Assembly (NCBI RefSeq): GCF_006345805.1
Contig: NC_043002.1
Coordinates: forward strand, 117,676,001-117,740,000
Direction of reading: 5' to 3'
Length of the DNA: 64,000 bases
Source: Octopus sinensis
Lineage: Eukaryota
How positions within the stretch are numbered: the stretch's first letter is position 1; each line of letters starts with the position of its first letter. A program made the translations under genes and the position numbers. A model generated the notes under the pieces. The model saw nothing but the letters and a program-made list of their open reading frames with translations, searched no databases and was not told the origin of the DNA. Of this stretch, positions 47,414 to 60,710 are shown one piece after another.

Positions 47414-49886
47414 CTCATGGCTAAATGCTTAAATTATTCAGCCACTATACACTTAACCTTTGAACATTTAAACTGGCAATATCTGACCAAAATAGTCTAT
47501 TTGATTTTTACATTCAAGCTGGCCAAGTCCAGTCTCTCTCACCTACCCTACATTATCATAGTAAAAGTAAACAATCACTCAGAAATCTTGAAGCCATAAG
47601 ATAATGCATGATGAATTCAAAACAAAGTAAATAAATAAACATTACATTTGACAGAGCAATCTGAATGCAAAAGGGTTTATCATTTATCTTTAATTGTTTC
47701 AGTCATTAGACTGCGGCCATGCTGGGGCACCACCTTGAAGAATTTTTTTTTTAGTCAAATGTATCAGCCCCAGTACTTACTTTTTAAAAAAAGTCTGGTA
47801 CTTATTCTATCAGTCTCTTTTACCAAACTGCTAAGTTACAGGGTTGTAAATACACCAGCACCAGCTGTCAATCAGTGGTGGGGGAACAAACTCATACACA
47901 CACACACACATATATACGATGAGCTTCTTTCAGTTTCCCTCTAAAAAATCCACTCACAAGTCTTTGGTCGGCCTGAGGCTATAGTAGAAGACACTTGCCC
48001 AAGGTGACACATAGTAGAACTGAACCTGGAACCATGTAAACTTCTTACCACACAGCTGCACCTGCGCCTAAAAGGTTAAAGATCAATTCTTGCAGTTTTT
48101 TCCCTAGTGCTATACACCTCAAAATAAAGCATCTTGTGTGTGTGAGTTTTTATTACATGCATACACACATATATAAAACTGTGATGAATGGTGATATGCA
48201 ATGCCAGAGAAGACCAGCTCACAGATGCAAGCATGGCAAACATAAAACTGGTGGTGTCAATGGAAATTGGGGTGTATAAGATATTATTGTTATATCCTCG
48301 TTAAATCTCCATCTACTGCATTCTTCATTACCCAATTGCTTATTCACTATACACTGTCTATGTATTTAGGAACAGCATTTGATTTAATCCCTCTATATTC
48401 AAACTATCTTCACCCCTTTTACATCTTTATTACTCTAGCACTCTAAGCTATTTTTTCCTTGTATGTAATTTTCCATCGATATCTTACAATACTCCATCAC
48501 TCTCTCTTATCATAAGCCATATCTACTGTTATACCATCATGCCATTCATGCTGTTTTTCAATCATAATTTTCTTGCATTACTCACTCCTCTGTCTTCCTT
48601 TCACTACCGTCACTATTTCACACCGACACTCTTCTTTCATCTTCTTAGTTATCACTTCCTCCTCTATCCATCCTTTCAGTCATATTCACCTTTTAAACTG
48701 TAATATAGAGTAGAGAAAACTCTTTAGTCTTGTAGGAGACAAGGCCATCTCTCTAGTGCTGGTGCCATGATAAAATGTACTTAGTAATAGGAAGTAATAG
48801 AAATCATGCCATAAGAGAGCATATTGAATGGCATAATCCTCTGACATATCTGAGTGCAGTAACACTGAATATGAACTAACTCAGACTATTGCAACTCAAG
48901 CAACCCATGCCAGTACAGGTTCTATGGGTTGCCAAGTTGTAATGGTAATATCATCATCATTATTGTTACTATTTATATCTGTTTTTCTTCACCCACCCTT
49001 ATGAGGACAAATTGCAAAATAAATCCTTGATTGATTTTTCTCTGGAGTGAATATCTTAAACAAATAATCCACAACCTTTTTTTATCAACCTCTTCATGTC
49101 AGATTATCTTCTTTATAACACACATCCTTGTCAATACCTTCAACTCAATTCAAGTCAGACTTCCTTTCTTCAATGCAAGTCAATGTGAGTCATACAGAGT
49201 TCATTCAAAGGTTTGTTCAAACAAATGTATCTCTTAAGCTATTGAGAAATTCCATCCCATTTACAGGTGTACAACACTGATTTTACAAACACTGATGGTC
49301 TGCAATGCCTTTTAATCCACACTAATATACAAGCAGGAACTTCAAATTCATACAGCTACCAGACTAGTTTACTGGTTCCTACTAGTAGCTTTTATCTTAA
49401 ATTCAATATCTGTTTAATTCAGTGTGTTGACCAAGGTGAGCATTTCTGGTTCAGAAAAATTAGAATCTGAAAAGGCTTTGGAACCAAAGATTTTGGAATA
49501 TTGATGTTGTACGTGTACTTATATTTCAACTATCAGAGCAGTTAATACTATGCTTTGCAGTTGTTTCTCATTTGGCATTACTTCCTACAACTGGATCCTT
49601 GATTAGTTCCATGGAGAGAGATTCCTCTTGACCTTTGTTTGTTATAGGTTTAGACTTGTATTCATCTTAGAGTAAGCACTTCAATGCAATTTCAAACAGA
49701 CTTTCTTTTCAATGATGTCTTGGTTTATTTCCCATGTCTTACTGACTCTAGATAGAAATTTCACATGTTTTATCCACTCTGGATAAAAATAATTTCCTAC
49801 TTATTGTTTCTCTTCTAGATTGGTAAACCCTAGGCTCTAAGTAAGGACAGATGGAACTGTAGATATATAATGCACACACACACACA

Positions 49887-49922
<36 letters not shown>

Positions 49923-51479
49923 ACAGGCTTCTTTCAGTTTCACAAGGCTTTAGTTGACTTGGAGCTATAGTAGAAGACGTTTGCCCAAGGTGCCATGTAG
50001 TGACGCTGAACCTGAGATGATGTAGTGAGGATATAAACTTCTTAGCCACACAGCCATGCCTCTGCCTCTTATATACATAGATTATATATTGTGTGTATGT
50101 GTGGGTGTGTGTATAGATTATATAAATGATATATAAATGATATATATAATATCTATCTTTGGTAAAGATTTCTTCTTGGATGAAGAAAAGAAATATGCCA
50201 CGATTGTTTCCACAAGTGCTATGATCTCTTTACTTGAAAATTGTTACAATGAAAACATCCTTTAGATCTGCAGGTACTGTTTGAGTTTCCTACATTTTCA
50301 AAATGAGGTGGAATAATCTTTGGTCACCATTTTGGATGAGTTCCAGGAAATTTCAATGTTTTCATCTTTTCGGCAGCCAGAAAACTGTTATACTGTCTCT
50401 TAGTTATCTCACAGAAAGTGTTGGTGGAACCTCAGTGAACCACTAAGTCAGTGGTTCCCAATTAGGGTCTATGGACCTCTGAGGGTCCAAAATTGAGGAT
50501 CCACAGTAGTATTTTATGAATTTAATGAAAGAAATTTTGCTTTTGGATGTATTTATTACAAGAAGTAGCTAGGCTGTTTCTCTAACGTTTTACATAGTTT
50601 AACATGTTTCCAACCAGTGAAACATGTTCTTGCAGAGAGCGTTATTGCAAACTACACAAGTGAACGTGTGAAAAAGAAAGTAGGAATTTTGAAAGAAGTA
50701 TCTATTAAACTAATTTTTAAACATTGAATGGCTATGGGGGTTCCTCTGAGTCAAATAGTTATCAAAGGGGTCCATAGGCAAAAAAAGAAATGTTTGAGAA
50801 CTGCTGCATTATTAGACAAACAATCAACATGATAACTTGTACAAGAAAGCTACAGGAAAATGTAAAGGACAACAGAAATAGAGAGGTAGAAAGATAGATA
50901 GAGAGAGGGTGTGTAGAAAACAAAAATACATGTGTATGTATATGTTTTTACATATGCATGCGAATGTGTGTATATGTGTGTGAGAATTTTTATTCAGCCT
51001 GCTGGCTAACTGCAACATTTGTGATTTTTCAGTCACTGTTTTACTATATCAATAATGGCAGTTTTCGTCTTAGCATGCATTTACCCATGGATATTTGTTA
51101 ATCACAAAGTGCAAAGAAGCAGAAATGCACATTTAGCCACGTCACCACTGCTGCTGGGCTTCTAAGAAAGCTAAATAGCATGACTATAATATGTCTATAA
51201 TGACTGTATGCCCCGGAGATGTTTGATTGGAGGTTAAGGATGGATGAGAATTAATTCTGCAATGCAATCATTCTATTGTTCCAGTCCCAAGTTGAATTCC
51301 AAGTGTAGGCCAATTCATCCCAAAGTTCTTATCTTAACATAAAATTAATGAAGTGAATGTCATTTATCTCCCCCCTTGACCTCTGACATCATCTGGCAAA
51401 TGCCAACCAAGATGGCGTGAATCAGCCAAGCTTTACCTGTTAGAAATAGCAACCCAAATGCTTTTAAATTAGATCCCAA

Positions 51480-51632
51480 TGCTGGATGTTCAAGAATCAA
51501 ATGAAGGGCAGATTTTCAACCCTGGGATCATCTTGGTTCCAAAAAGGTATAACATGTCTGTGTAGAGCAAATGTTGTCTGAGATACAGAGGTCCCAGATG
51601 GACAGACAGAATTTCGCTTTTATTATTATAGA
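51480..51632 (-). mobile_element. Helitron-like 5' end fragment
   Basis: Minus strand reads A|TCtataataataaaagcgaaattctgtctgtc, similar in style to the other Helitron 5' ends here. Confidence 0.4.
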
Positions 51633-52310
51633 TACTATCTGAGGATAAATACCACAGTTAATTAGGTTGTCACTGATGTATCTGATTTAAATATGATATA
51701 CAGATAACTATTTTACACAAACCTAGGTATGGATTGTGTGTAAGCACAACTGGTTCAGAGCATTCATCTGTGATATATTTAGTTGAGTGCATTTATAGGT
51801 TGGGTGGGTGACTGAATAACGAACAGTCAGTTCAGTGTGTATGCAATTGGTGCCTGACCCTTTTCATGTGTGAATGTTTTAGTTCTCATAGCTTTTTTTG
51901 TCTGTCAGCAGTAGGTATACTCCTTCCCCAACTGTTGACACCTACACACCCCACACCATTGAGGAATGTCATTTTGTTCCCTTTCAAATTCATTTGATTT
52001 TGTTTATAATCACCAATTAATGTGTAGCTGGTTGAGCATTCCATAAACATAGGTATCCTTAATGTAATTCACAGGCAGAATCAGGGTGACACAGTAAATG
52101 TGATAAGATTAGGTGTGACATTATGACCTACAGGCACAATCCACCTAATGGCCTTCTGTACAGGTTCTGTCACCCAATTTCACCTGAAAGGTACAAGTTG
52201 ACCCAAGGTTATAGAAAATGGCACTTATCTGAGACACCATGCAGTGGGATCAAACTTGTGCTCTTGTGGTTACAATGCAAACTTCTTAGATGGTTGCCCA
52301 AACTGTGCTT

Positions 52311-52368
<58 letters not shown>

Positions 52369-54102
52369 GCTGTGTGGTTAAGACACTTGCTTCAGAACCA
52401 CGTAATCTCAGGCTCACTCTCACAACACAGAACCTTGTGCAAGTGTCTTCTACTGTAACCCCTGACTGAACAAAGCCTTGTGTGTGTATTTGGCAAATGG
52501 AAACTGAAAGAAACCTGTGATATATGTATGTGTGTATATATTAATACACACACACATATATATCATTATCATCATTTAACATCCACTGTCCATGATGGCA
52601 TGGGTTGGATGGTTTGACCAGGGCTGGTAAGCTGAGGGACTGCACCTCCAGCCTGATTTGGCATGGTTTCTATGGCTGGATGCCCTTCCTAACAGCAACC
52701 ACTCTGAGAGTGTGATGAGTGTTTTTATGTGCCACTTGCATGGGTGCCAATTGTGTGACACCAGTATCTGCCATGGCTACAAGTTGACTTGGCCTGATGG
52801 GTTTTCTTCTCAAGCATGGCATATTGCCAAAGGTCTCGGTCATTTGTCGTTGCCTCCGTGAGGCCAAATGCTTTTATGTGCCAGTGACATGGGTGCTAGT
52901 TATGTAACATCGGCATCAGTCACTTTGCCTCCCTGAGACCCAATGCTTGAAAGATGCTTTCTACATGCCACCAGTACAGGTGCCAGTTACATGGCACTGA
53001 CATCGGCCACGATTATAATTATATATATATAAGGCGCATGGCTTAGTGGTTAGGGCATTTGGCTCACAACTGTAAGGTCGTCAGTTCAATTCCCGGCGAC
53101 ATGTTGTGTCCTTGAGCAAGACACTTTATTTCACGTTGCTCTAGTCCACTCAGCTGGCAAAAATGAGTTGTACCTGTATTTCAAAGGGCCGGCCTTGTCA
53201 CACTCTGTGTCATGCTGAATCTCCCTGAGAGCTACGTTAGGGGTACGCATGTCTGTGGATTGCTCAGTCACTTGCACGTTAATTTCACGAGCAGGCTGTT
53301 CCGTTGATCGGATCAGCTGGGTCCCTCGTCATCAAAACAGACGGAGTCCTCCTATCCAATATATATATAGACACACACACATACATCCTTCACTGGATTA
53401 ATCATTAAGCAAAAAAAAGCATGTGCTTAGGACATCAAGAGAAGCTGGGGTACTAAAGAAATGGTAAATGGTTTATGGTATAAAAGAAATAACTTAAAAC
53501 TTGCTAAAATAATATTCAAAGTGGCTTATATTATCAGAAATATAATTTTGAAGTGTTCATGGTGTCATAGTGCGGATCTGATCAAAAACTTTGCAATTAA
53601 AAAAAAGTAGGAGCAAACTTCAAATAAAGTGAAAGTGTAGGAAAATAAAGCATTATTTTCTATCTTAATGTTAGTTTTGTTTCCCTTTGAAAAGGAAATG
53701 TTTATTTACGGTTTACTATTGATTATATTTTAAATTACATATGCATGGAGTCACCAAAATTTTTTAAGTGCTTAGGGCCCCTATGGGTCACAGACATCAC
53801 CAATACATAAGCTTGTAGTGACAAGGAAATATATCCACACATCATACCTACACTTGCATGTTGCTAAGGCAGCAAGCATGTTATGTATGCCTTTGAGAGG
53901 TGGTGGGCATGGATAGGCGTTAAAAAGAGAGTAGAAAGATACAGATTTCACGCTCTTGTTCCTTAGTAAGATTATTGCTTAAAATTATTTATTCATTTAA
54001 GGTACACTAACACTTGAAAGAATGAAAATTATGTATATATTTGTACAACATACATACATATGTGTGTATATATGAATGTATATATATATATATACATGGG
54101 GG

Positions 54103-54161
<59 letters not shown>

Positions 54162-54164
54162 TAT

Positions 54165-54217
<53 letters not shown>

Positions 54218-54299
54218 ACATCGATGTGTATACGTGTTTGTATCTGTTGGGTAACGTGTAGCAGTTTTTTCTCTCTGTTTCCTATCGAGTATGATAAGC

Positions 54300-54990
54300 A
54301 GCCAGAACGACAATAACACCTATTTTGACAACAACAGCAACGATTGATTTGCAAGCAATTTTAGCATAAGAAGTTCGGTTGATTACTTACCTGAGGCTAG
54401 CTGAGATTGTCCTTGCGGTGTCTGCGAAAAATAATCCAAGTCCATATTTCTATTTCGGTAAATTGTATAAAGTGGACAAATCGAAAATCATGAAAAGACC
54501 GTTTGTTAATAAGTGCTTTTCTTGTAAAATCCACATTGCGTTGGCACATGGCCTTTTTATATACAAGTGATTACGATGAAAGATATCACCTGCAGCGCTG
54601 ATATTTGCTAAGCGCGTGTGACTAAAAATATCGCTCGGGTTATTAATGTTTACATAATCACTATTTTAGATTGATTGATGAGCGGATGATCACACTCATA
54701 ATTTCTTACTCGGATGTTCATTTGGCATAATTCCACGGACTTAACGATTTAATTTGCACCTGTTGAGAGCTTAGTTGACATAAAGAAGAAAGTGCGTGTA
54801 TATGATGGGCGGATTTGCTGCGACTGCTCAGTGAAGGATGGTGGAGCGGGTGAAGCTGATGAAGAAATCACTTTTTTGTTCGCAGAAAATTACTGGATTA
54901 GGAAAGAAAAAGATTTTTTTTTTTTTAATGGATGTTCATTTAGTTTTGCTTTCGTCTTTTTCGGCATCAATTAAATAAATAACAGGTATT
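54300..54990. promoter_or_regulatory. CpG-retaining unique region, probable promoter/5' end of the minus-strand gene
   Basis: Unique sequence with many intact CG dinucleotides, directly upstream of the candidate first exon. Confidence 0.4.
54391..54445 (-). CDS. Unidentified protein, candidate first coding exon
   Basis: ATG at 54445 gives MDLDYFSQTPQGQSQLAS; strong donor cag|gtaagtaa in phase 1, matching the 44121 acceptor; lies in a CpG-retaining non-repeat region. Confidence 0.5.
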
Positions 54991-55483
54991 GTACCTTGTG
55001 GAAGACAATCACTGTATTACAATTTTATTTTACTTAAAGCTGTTACATGTTTTGAAGACGTATAAATAAATAAATAAAGAAAGAAAGAAATATGAATTGT
55101 ACGAGTATTGCCCTGTGGTTAATACGTTTGCATTATGCTCGCATGCTCCCGGGTTCAGTCCTACTGCATGGAAACATAGGCAAGTGTCTTCTATAACTGT
55201 GTTAGTTACAATGCCTTGCAATTGGATCTGGTAGACGGAAACTGAAAGAAGCCCGCCGTATATGTATGTATGTATACGTATGTGTATTTGCATGTATGTA
55301 GGCGTATGTGTGTATGTATATATGCATACGTATGTGTGTGTTGGAAGACAAACTGGTGTTGATTTGTTTGAACCCGCAACGAAGCGGTTCGGCAACAAAG
55401 ATTGAAAAAGTAAGTACCGGTTTAAAAATAATGTGTGTGTGTGTGTGTGTGTGTGAAAAATCAATATAAATATAGAAAATTGG

Positions 55484-57961
55484 GTCAATATACAGTTTAA
55501 GACCCGGTCACGAAAACAAAAAAAAAGTCGGCACTTTGTAACATAATTTCTAGTTAACTAAAAAGTTTTAAACTTCATATACTGGTAGAATGTGTTTATA
55601 AAACATCATTTTCTCTTGGCTTTATTGAGAAAATTCTATAGGTTGTAAGATATTTCGTCTTTAATTTTGAGCATTTCGGCAATTTTAACCAATCGCTGAC
55701 GTCCATTTAGGTAAATAACATTCTGTGCATAATGAATATGTCCCTCCTTTAAGAAACAGATTGGGTTTATTTACATTTGGGAAGAAAAAAAGATACCGTT
55801 CCCCCACCCCTAACCCTAACCCTAACTCTAACCCTAAATCTAAAGTAGATTGAAATGCAATAGATCGATACTAGGGCCATAATTATGGGTGACATTTTCA
55901 TTTGACACCGCTAGAAAAAAATCCCATTTTCCGTAGCGGTGTCGTATGAAATTGTCACCCATAATTATAACCCTAGTATCGATCTATTGCCTTTCAATCT
56001 ACTTTAGATTTAGGGTTAGAGGTGGGGGAACAGTATCTTTTTTTCTTCACAAATGTAAATAAACCCAATCTGTTTCTTAAAGGAGGGACATATTCATTAT
56101 GCACAGAATGTTATTTACCTAAATGGACGTCAGCAATTGGTTAAAATTGCCGAAATGCTCAAAATTAAAGACGATATATAGAATTTTCTCAATAAAGCCA
56201 AGAAAAAATGATGTTTTATAAACACATTCTACCGGTATATGAAGTTTTAAAAGTGTTTAGTTAACTAGAAATTGTGTTGAAAAGTGCCGTTCAAAAGGAA
56301 AAGATCCAAAAAGTCAGTCTACTAAGTGTAGAAAAAATGTGTAGAAAATGAATTTGAGAACAAAAATTTGCACAAACGACCAGAGTGGGGAGAGGACTTT
56401 CGGAAAATTCACAAGAACCGATTTTTCCCTCATAATTTTCAGGAAAATGGATATATATTGATGAAATTTTATAGAAATACCGTCCAAATGGCACAGATTA
56501 CGGTTATAAAGAAATTTGTGTTGAAAGTGTTTCCCGAAGGGGTGGAGAGAGGATTTCGGAAAATTTACACGATTCTCTTTACTCTCTTTACTCTTTTACT
56601 TGTTTCAGTCAACTGACTGCAGCCATGCTGGAGCACCACCTTTTAGTCGAGCAAATCGACCCCGGGACTTATTCTTTGTAAGCCCAGTACTTATTCTATC
56701 GGTCTCTTTTGCCGGACCGCTAAGTGACGGGGACGTAAACACACCAGCATCGGTTGTCAAGCAATGCTAGGGGAACAAACACAGACGCACAAACACATAC
56801 ACACACATATATATATATACATATATACGACAGGCTTCTTTCAGTTTCCGTCTACCAAATCCACTCACAAGGCATTGGTCGGCCCGGGGCTATAGCAGAA
56901 GACACTTGCCCAAGGTGCCACGCAGTGGGACTGAACCCGGATCCATGTGGTTGGTTAGCAAGCTACTTACCACACAGCCACTCCTGCGCCTATTCGTATT
57001 TTTTTTTCTAATAACTTTCAGGATCTAGTTTAGCACCCGGTCACCAAAACAAAAAGAAAACCAATTTACTAGGTGTAAAAAATCGCATAGAGAACGAATA
57101 TGAAAACAAAAAATTACACAACGGAACCAGGGGTGGCTAGGAAGAGGACTTTTGGGAAAATTCACATGATCCAATTTTTTCCTAAAAGTTATGCTTTTAG
57201 GAAAATGGATATCTTGTGATGAAATTTTACAGAACCACCTTTCAAATGGCATAGATTACGATTATAAAGAAATTTGTGGTGAAAATGTTTTCCAGAAAGT
57301 TATGATATCAGATCGGGCGAATTTTCCAAAAGTCCTCTCCCCACTCATCCCTGTTCGTTTGCACAAATTTTTGTTTTCATATTTGTTTTCTACACGTTCT
57401 TTTACACCTATTACATTGTTTTTTGGGGGGTTTTCTTTCTTGGTGACTGGGCGCTAAACTAGATCCTGAAAGTTACAAGTGGTAAAAACGGATCCTGTGA
57501 ATTTTCTGACACACATTGCAATTCTCCACCATTTCAGAAAACATTTTCCCCTCAAATTTCTTTATAATTGTAATCTATGCCGTTTGAAAGGTGTTTCTGT
57601 AAAATTTTAATAAAAGATATCCATCTTCCTGAAATTTATGAGGGAAAGAAACGAATCGTGTGAATTTTCTGAAATCCTCTTTCCACCCCTTCGAAAAACA
57701 TTTTCCTCACAAATTTCTTTATAATCGTAATTTGTGCCATTTGAACTATATTTCTATAAAATTTCATTAATATATATCCATTTTCCTGAAAGTTATGAGG
57801 GAAAAATTGGCTCTTGTGAATTTTCCAAAAATCCTCTCCCCACCCGTTCATTTGTACAAATTCTTCTTTTCATATTCGTTTTCTACACATTTTTTTTACA
57901 CCTGGTAGGGTGGGCTTTTTTTTTGCTTTTTTCGTGACCGCGTCTTAAACTGTATATTGAC
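55484..57961. mobile_element. Fold-back-like composite element with nested inverted repeats and a SINE insertion
   Basis: Terminal IRs gtcaatatacagtttaagacccggtcacgaaaa / ttttcgtgaccgcgtcttaaactgtatattgac; internal palindromes 55531-56290 and 57012-57474; 56290-56575 inverted at 57650-57930. Confidence 0.75.
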
Positions 57962-58113
57962 TGAGAAGGTCATAAGCTTTACAATTTAAAAAAGAGGCTA
58001 CTCTGATAATTAAAGAAAGTTAATTGAAGGCAATAATTTCTTTATAAATTAAAATTTCTTGGTATTAAAATTTTGTTGCTGAATAAAAGCATTATTTGTT
58101 CAGCTGGACTTTA

Positions 58114-60451
58114 TTGATTTGTCCTGATACAAACACATCAGATTGCTAGGACTTAATTAATTGATTTGTCCTGATACAAACACATCAGATTGCTAGGACT
58201 TAATTAATTGATTTGTCCTGATACAAACACATCAGATTGCTAGGACTTAATTAATTGATTTGTCAGTATACAAACACATCAGATTGTTAGGACTTAATTA
58301 ATTGATTTGTCCTGATACAAACACATCAGATTGCTAGGACTTAATTAATTGATTTGTCAGTATACAAACACATCAGATTGCTAGGACTTAATTAATTGAT
58401 TTGTCCTGATACAAACACATCAGATTGCTAGGACTTAATTAATTGATTTGTCCTGATACAAACACATCAGATTGCTAGGACTTAATTAATTGATTTGTCC
58501 TGATACAAACACATCAGATTGCTAGGACTTAATTAATTGATTTGTCCTGATACAAACACATCAGATTGCTAGGACTTAATTAATTGATTTGTCAGTATAC
58601 AAACACATCAGATTGCTAGGACTTAATTAATTGATTTGTCCTGATACAAACACATCAGATTGCTAGGACTTAATTAATTGATTTGTCCTGATACAAACAC
58701 ATCAGATTGCTAGGACTTAACTAATTGATTTGTCAGGATACAAACACATCAGATTGCTAGGACTTAATTAATTGATTTGTCCTGATACAAACACATCAGA
58801 TTGCTAGGACTTAATTAATTGATTTGTCCTGATACAAACACATCAGATTGCTAGGACTTAACTAATTGATTTGTCAGGATACAAACACATCAGATTGCTA
58901 GGACTTAACTAATTGATTTGTCAGGATACAAACACATCAGATTGCTAGGACTTAATTAATTGATTTGTCAGGATACAAACACATCAGATTGCTAGGACTT
59001 AATTAATTGATTTGTCCTGATACAAACACATCAGATTGCTAGGACTTAATTAATTGATTTGTCAGGATACAAACACATCAGATTGCTAGGACTTAACTAA
59101 TTGATTTGTCAGGATACAAACACATCAGATTGCTAGGACTTAACTAATTGATTTGTCAGGATACAAACACATCAGATTGCTAGGACTTAATTAATTGATT
59201 TGTCAGGATACAAACACATCAGATTGCTAGGACTTAATTAATTGATTTGTCCTGATACAAACACATCAGATTGCTAGGACTTAATTAATTGATTTGTCCT
59301 GATACAAACACATCAGATTGCTAGGACTTAACTAATTGATTTGTCAGGATACAAACACATCAGATTGCTAGGACTTAATTAATTGATTTGTCAGGATACA
59401 AACACATCAGATTGCTAGGACTTAATTAATTGATTTGTCCTGATACAAACACATCAGATTGCTAGGACTTAACTAATTGATTTGTCAGGATACAAACACA
59501 TCAGATTGCTAGGACTTAACTAATTGATTTGTCAGGATACAAACACATCAGATTGCTAGGACTTAATTAATTGATTTGTCAGGATACAAACACATCAGAT
59601 TGCTAGGACTTAACTAATTGATTTGTCAGGATACAAACACATCAGATTGCTAGGACTTAACTAATTGATTTGTCAGGATACAAACACATCAGATTGCTAG
59701 GACTTAATTAATTGATTTGTCCTGATACAAACACATCAGATTGCTAGGACTTAATTAATTGATTTGTCCTGATACAAACACATCAGATTGCTAGGACTTA
59801 ACTAATTGATTTGTCAGGATACAAACACATCAGATTGCTAGGACTTAATTAATTGATTTGTCCTGATACAAACACATCAGATTGCTAGGACTTAATTAAT
59901 TGATTTGTCCTGATACAAACACATCAGATTGCTAGGACTTAACTAATTGATTTGTCAGGATACAAACACATCAGATTGCTAGGACTTAACTAATTGATTT
60001 GTCAGGATACAAACACATCAGATTGCTAGGACTTAATTAATTGATTTGTCAGGATACAAACACATCAGATTGCTAGGACTTAATTAATTGATTTGTCCTG
60101 ATACAAACACATCAGATTGCTAGGACTTAATTAATTGATTTGTCCTGATACAAACACATCAGATTGCTAGGACTTAACTAATTGATTTGTCAGGATACAA
60201 ACACATCAGATTGCTAGGACTTAATTAATTGATTTGTCAGGATACAAACACATCAGATTGCTAGGACTTAATTAATTGATTTGTCCTGATACAAACACAT
60301 CAGATTGCTAGGACTTAACTAATTGATTTGTCAGGATACAAACACATCAGATTGCTAGGACTTAATTAATTGATTTGTCAGGATACAAACACATCAGATT
60401 GCTAGGACTTAACTAATTGATTTGTCAGGATACAAACACATCAGATTGCTA
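58114..60451. repeat. 47-bp minisatellite, ~50 copies
   Basis: Unit ttgatttgtc(ct/ag)gatacaaacacatcagattgctaggacttaa(t/c)taa; successive starts at 58114 and 58161. Confidence 0.97.
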
Positions 60452-60710
60452 AGTGCAAGATTATAAATAAAATCAACCTTTATTACTTCTCAAGAGAAAA
60501 TTAAAAGATTACAAATATAGACTCCTTGGGCTGCGACAGAAAATGAATTCATCATCATCATTTCGTGTCTATTTTCCATGCTGGCATGCATTAGACAGTT
60601 TGACTGGAACTGGTGGACCAGAGAGCTTACACCAGGTTCCAGTTTGTTTTTTAGCTTGGTTTCTACAGTTGGATGCCCTTCCTAATGCCAACTACCTTAC
60701 AGAGAGTAGA

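Noticed and set aside
48990-49470. Coding-looking minus-strand block
   Set aside because: Stops in all frames; only a faint QGCVL RT-like trace, too weak to call
54801-54860. C/D-box snoRNA (atgatg...ctga)
   Set aside because: Box C imperfect (atgatgg), no terminal stem, not intronic in a supported sense-strand host
58114-60451. CRISPR-like array
   Set aside because: Units are contiguous with no unique spacers; eukaryotic context and no cas genes
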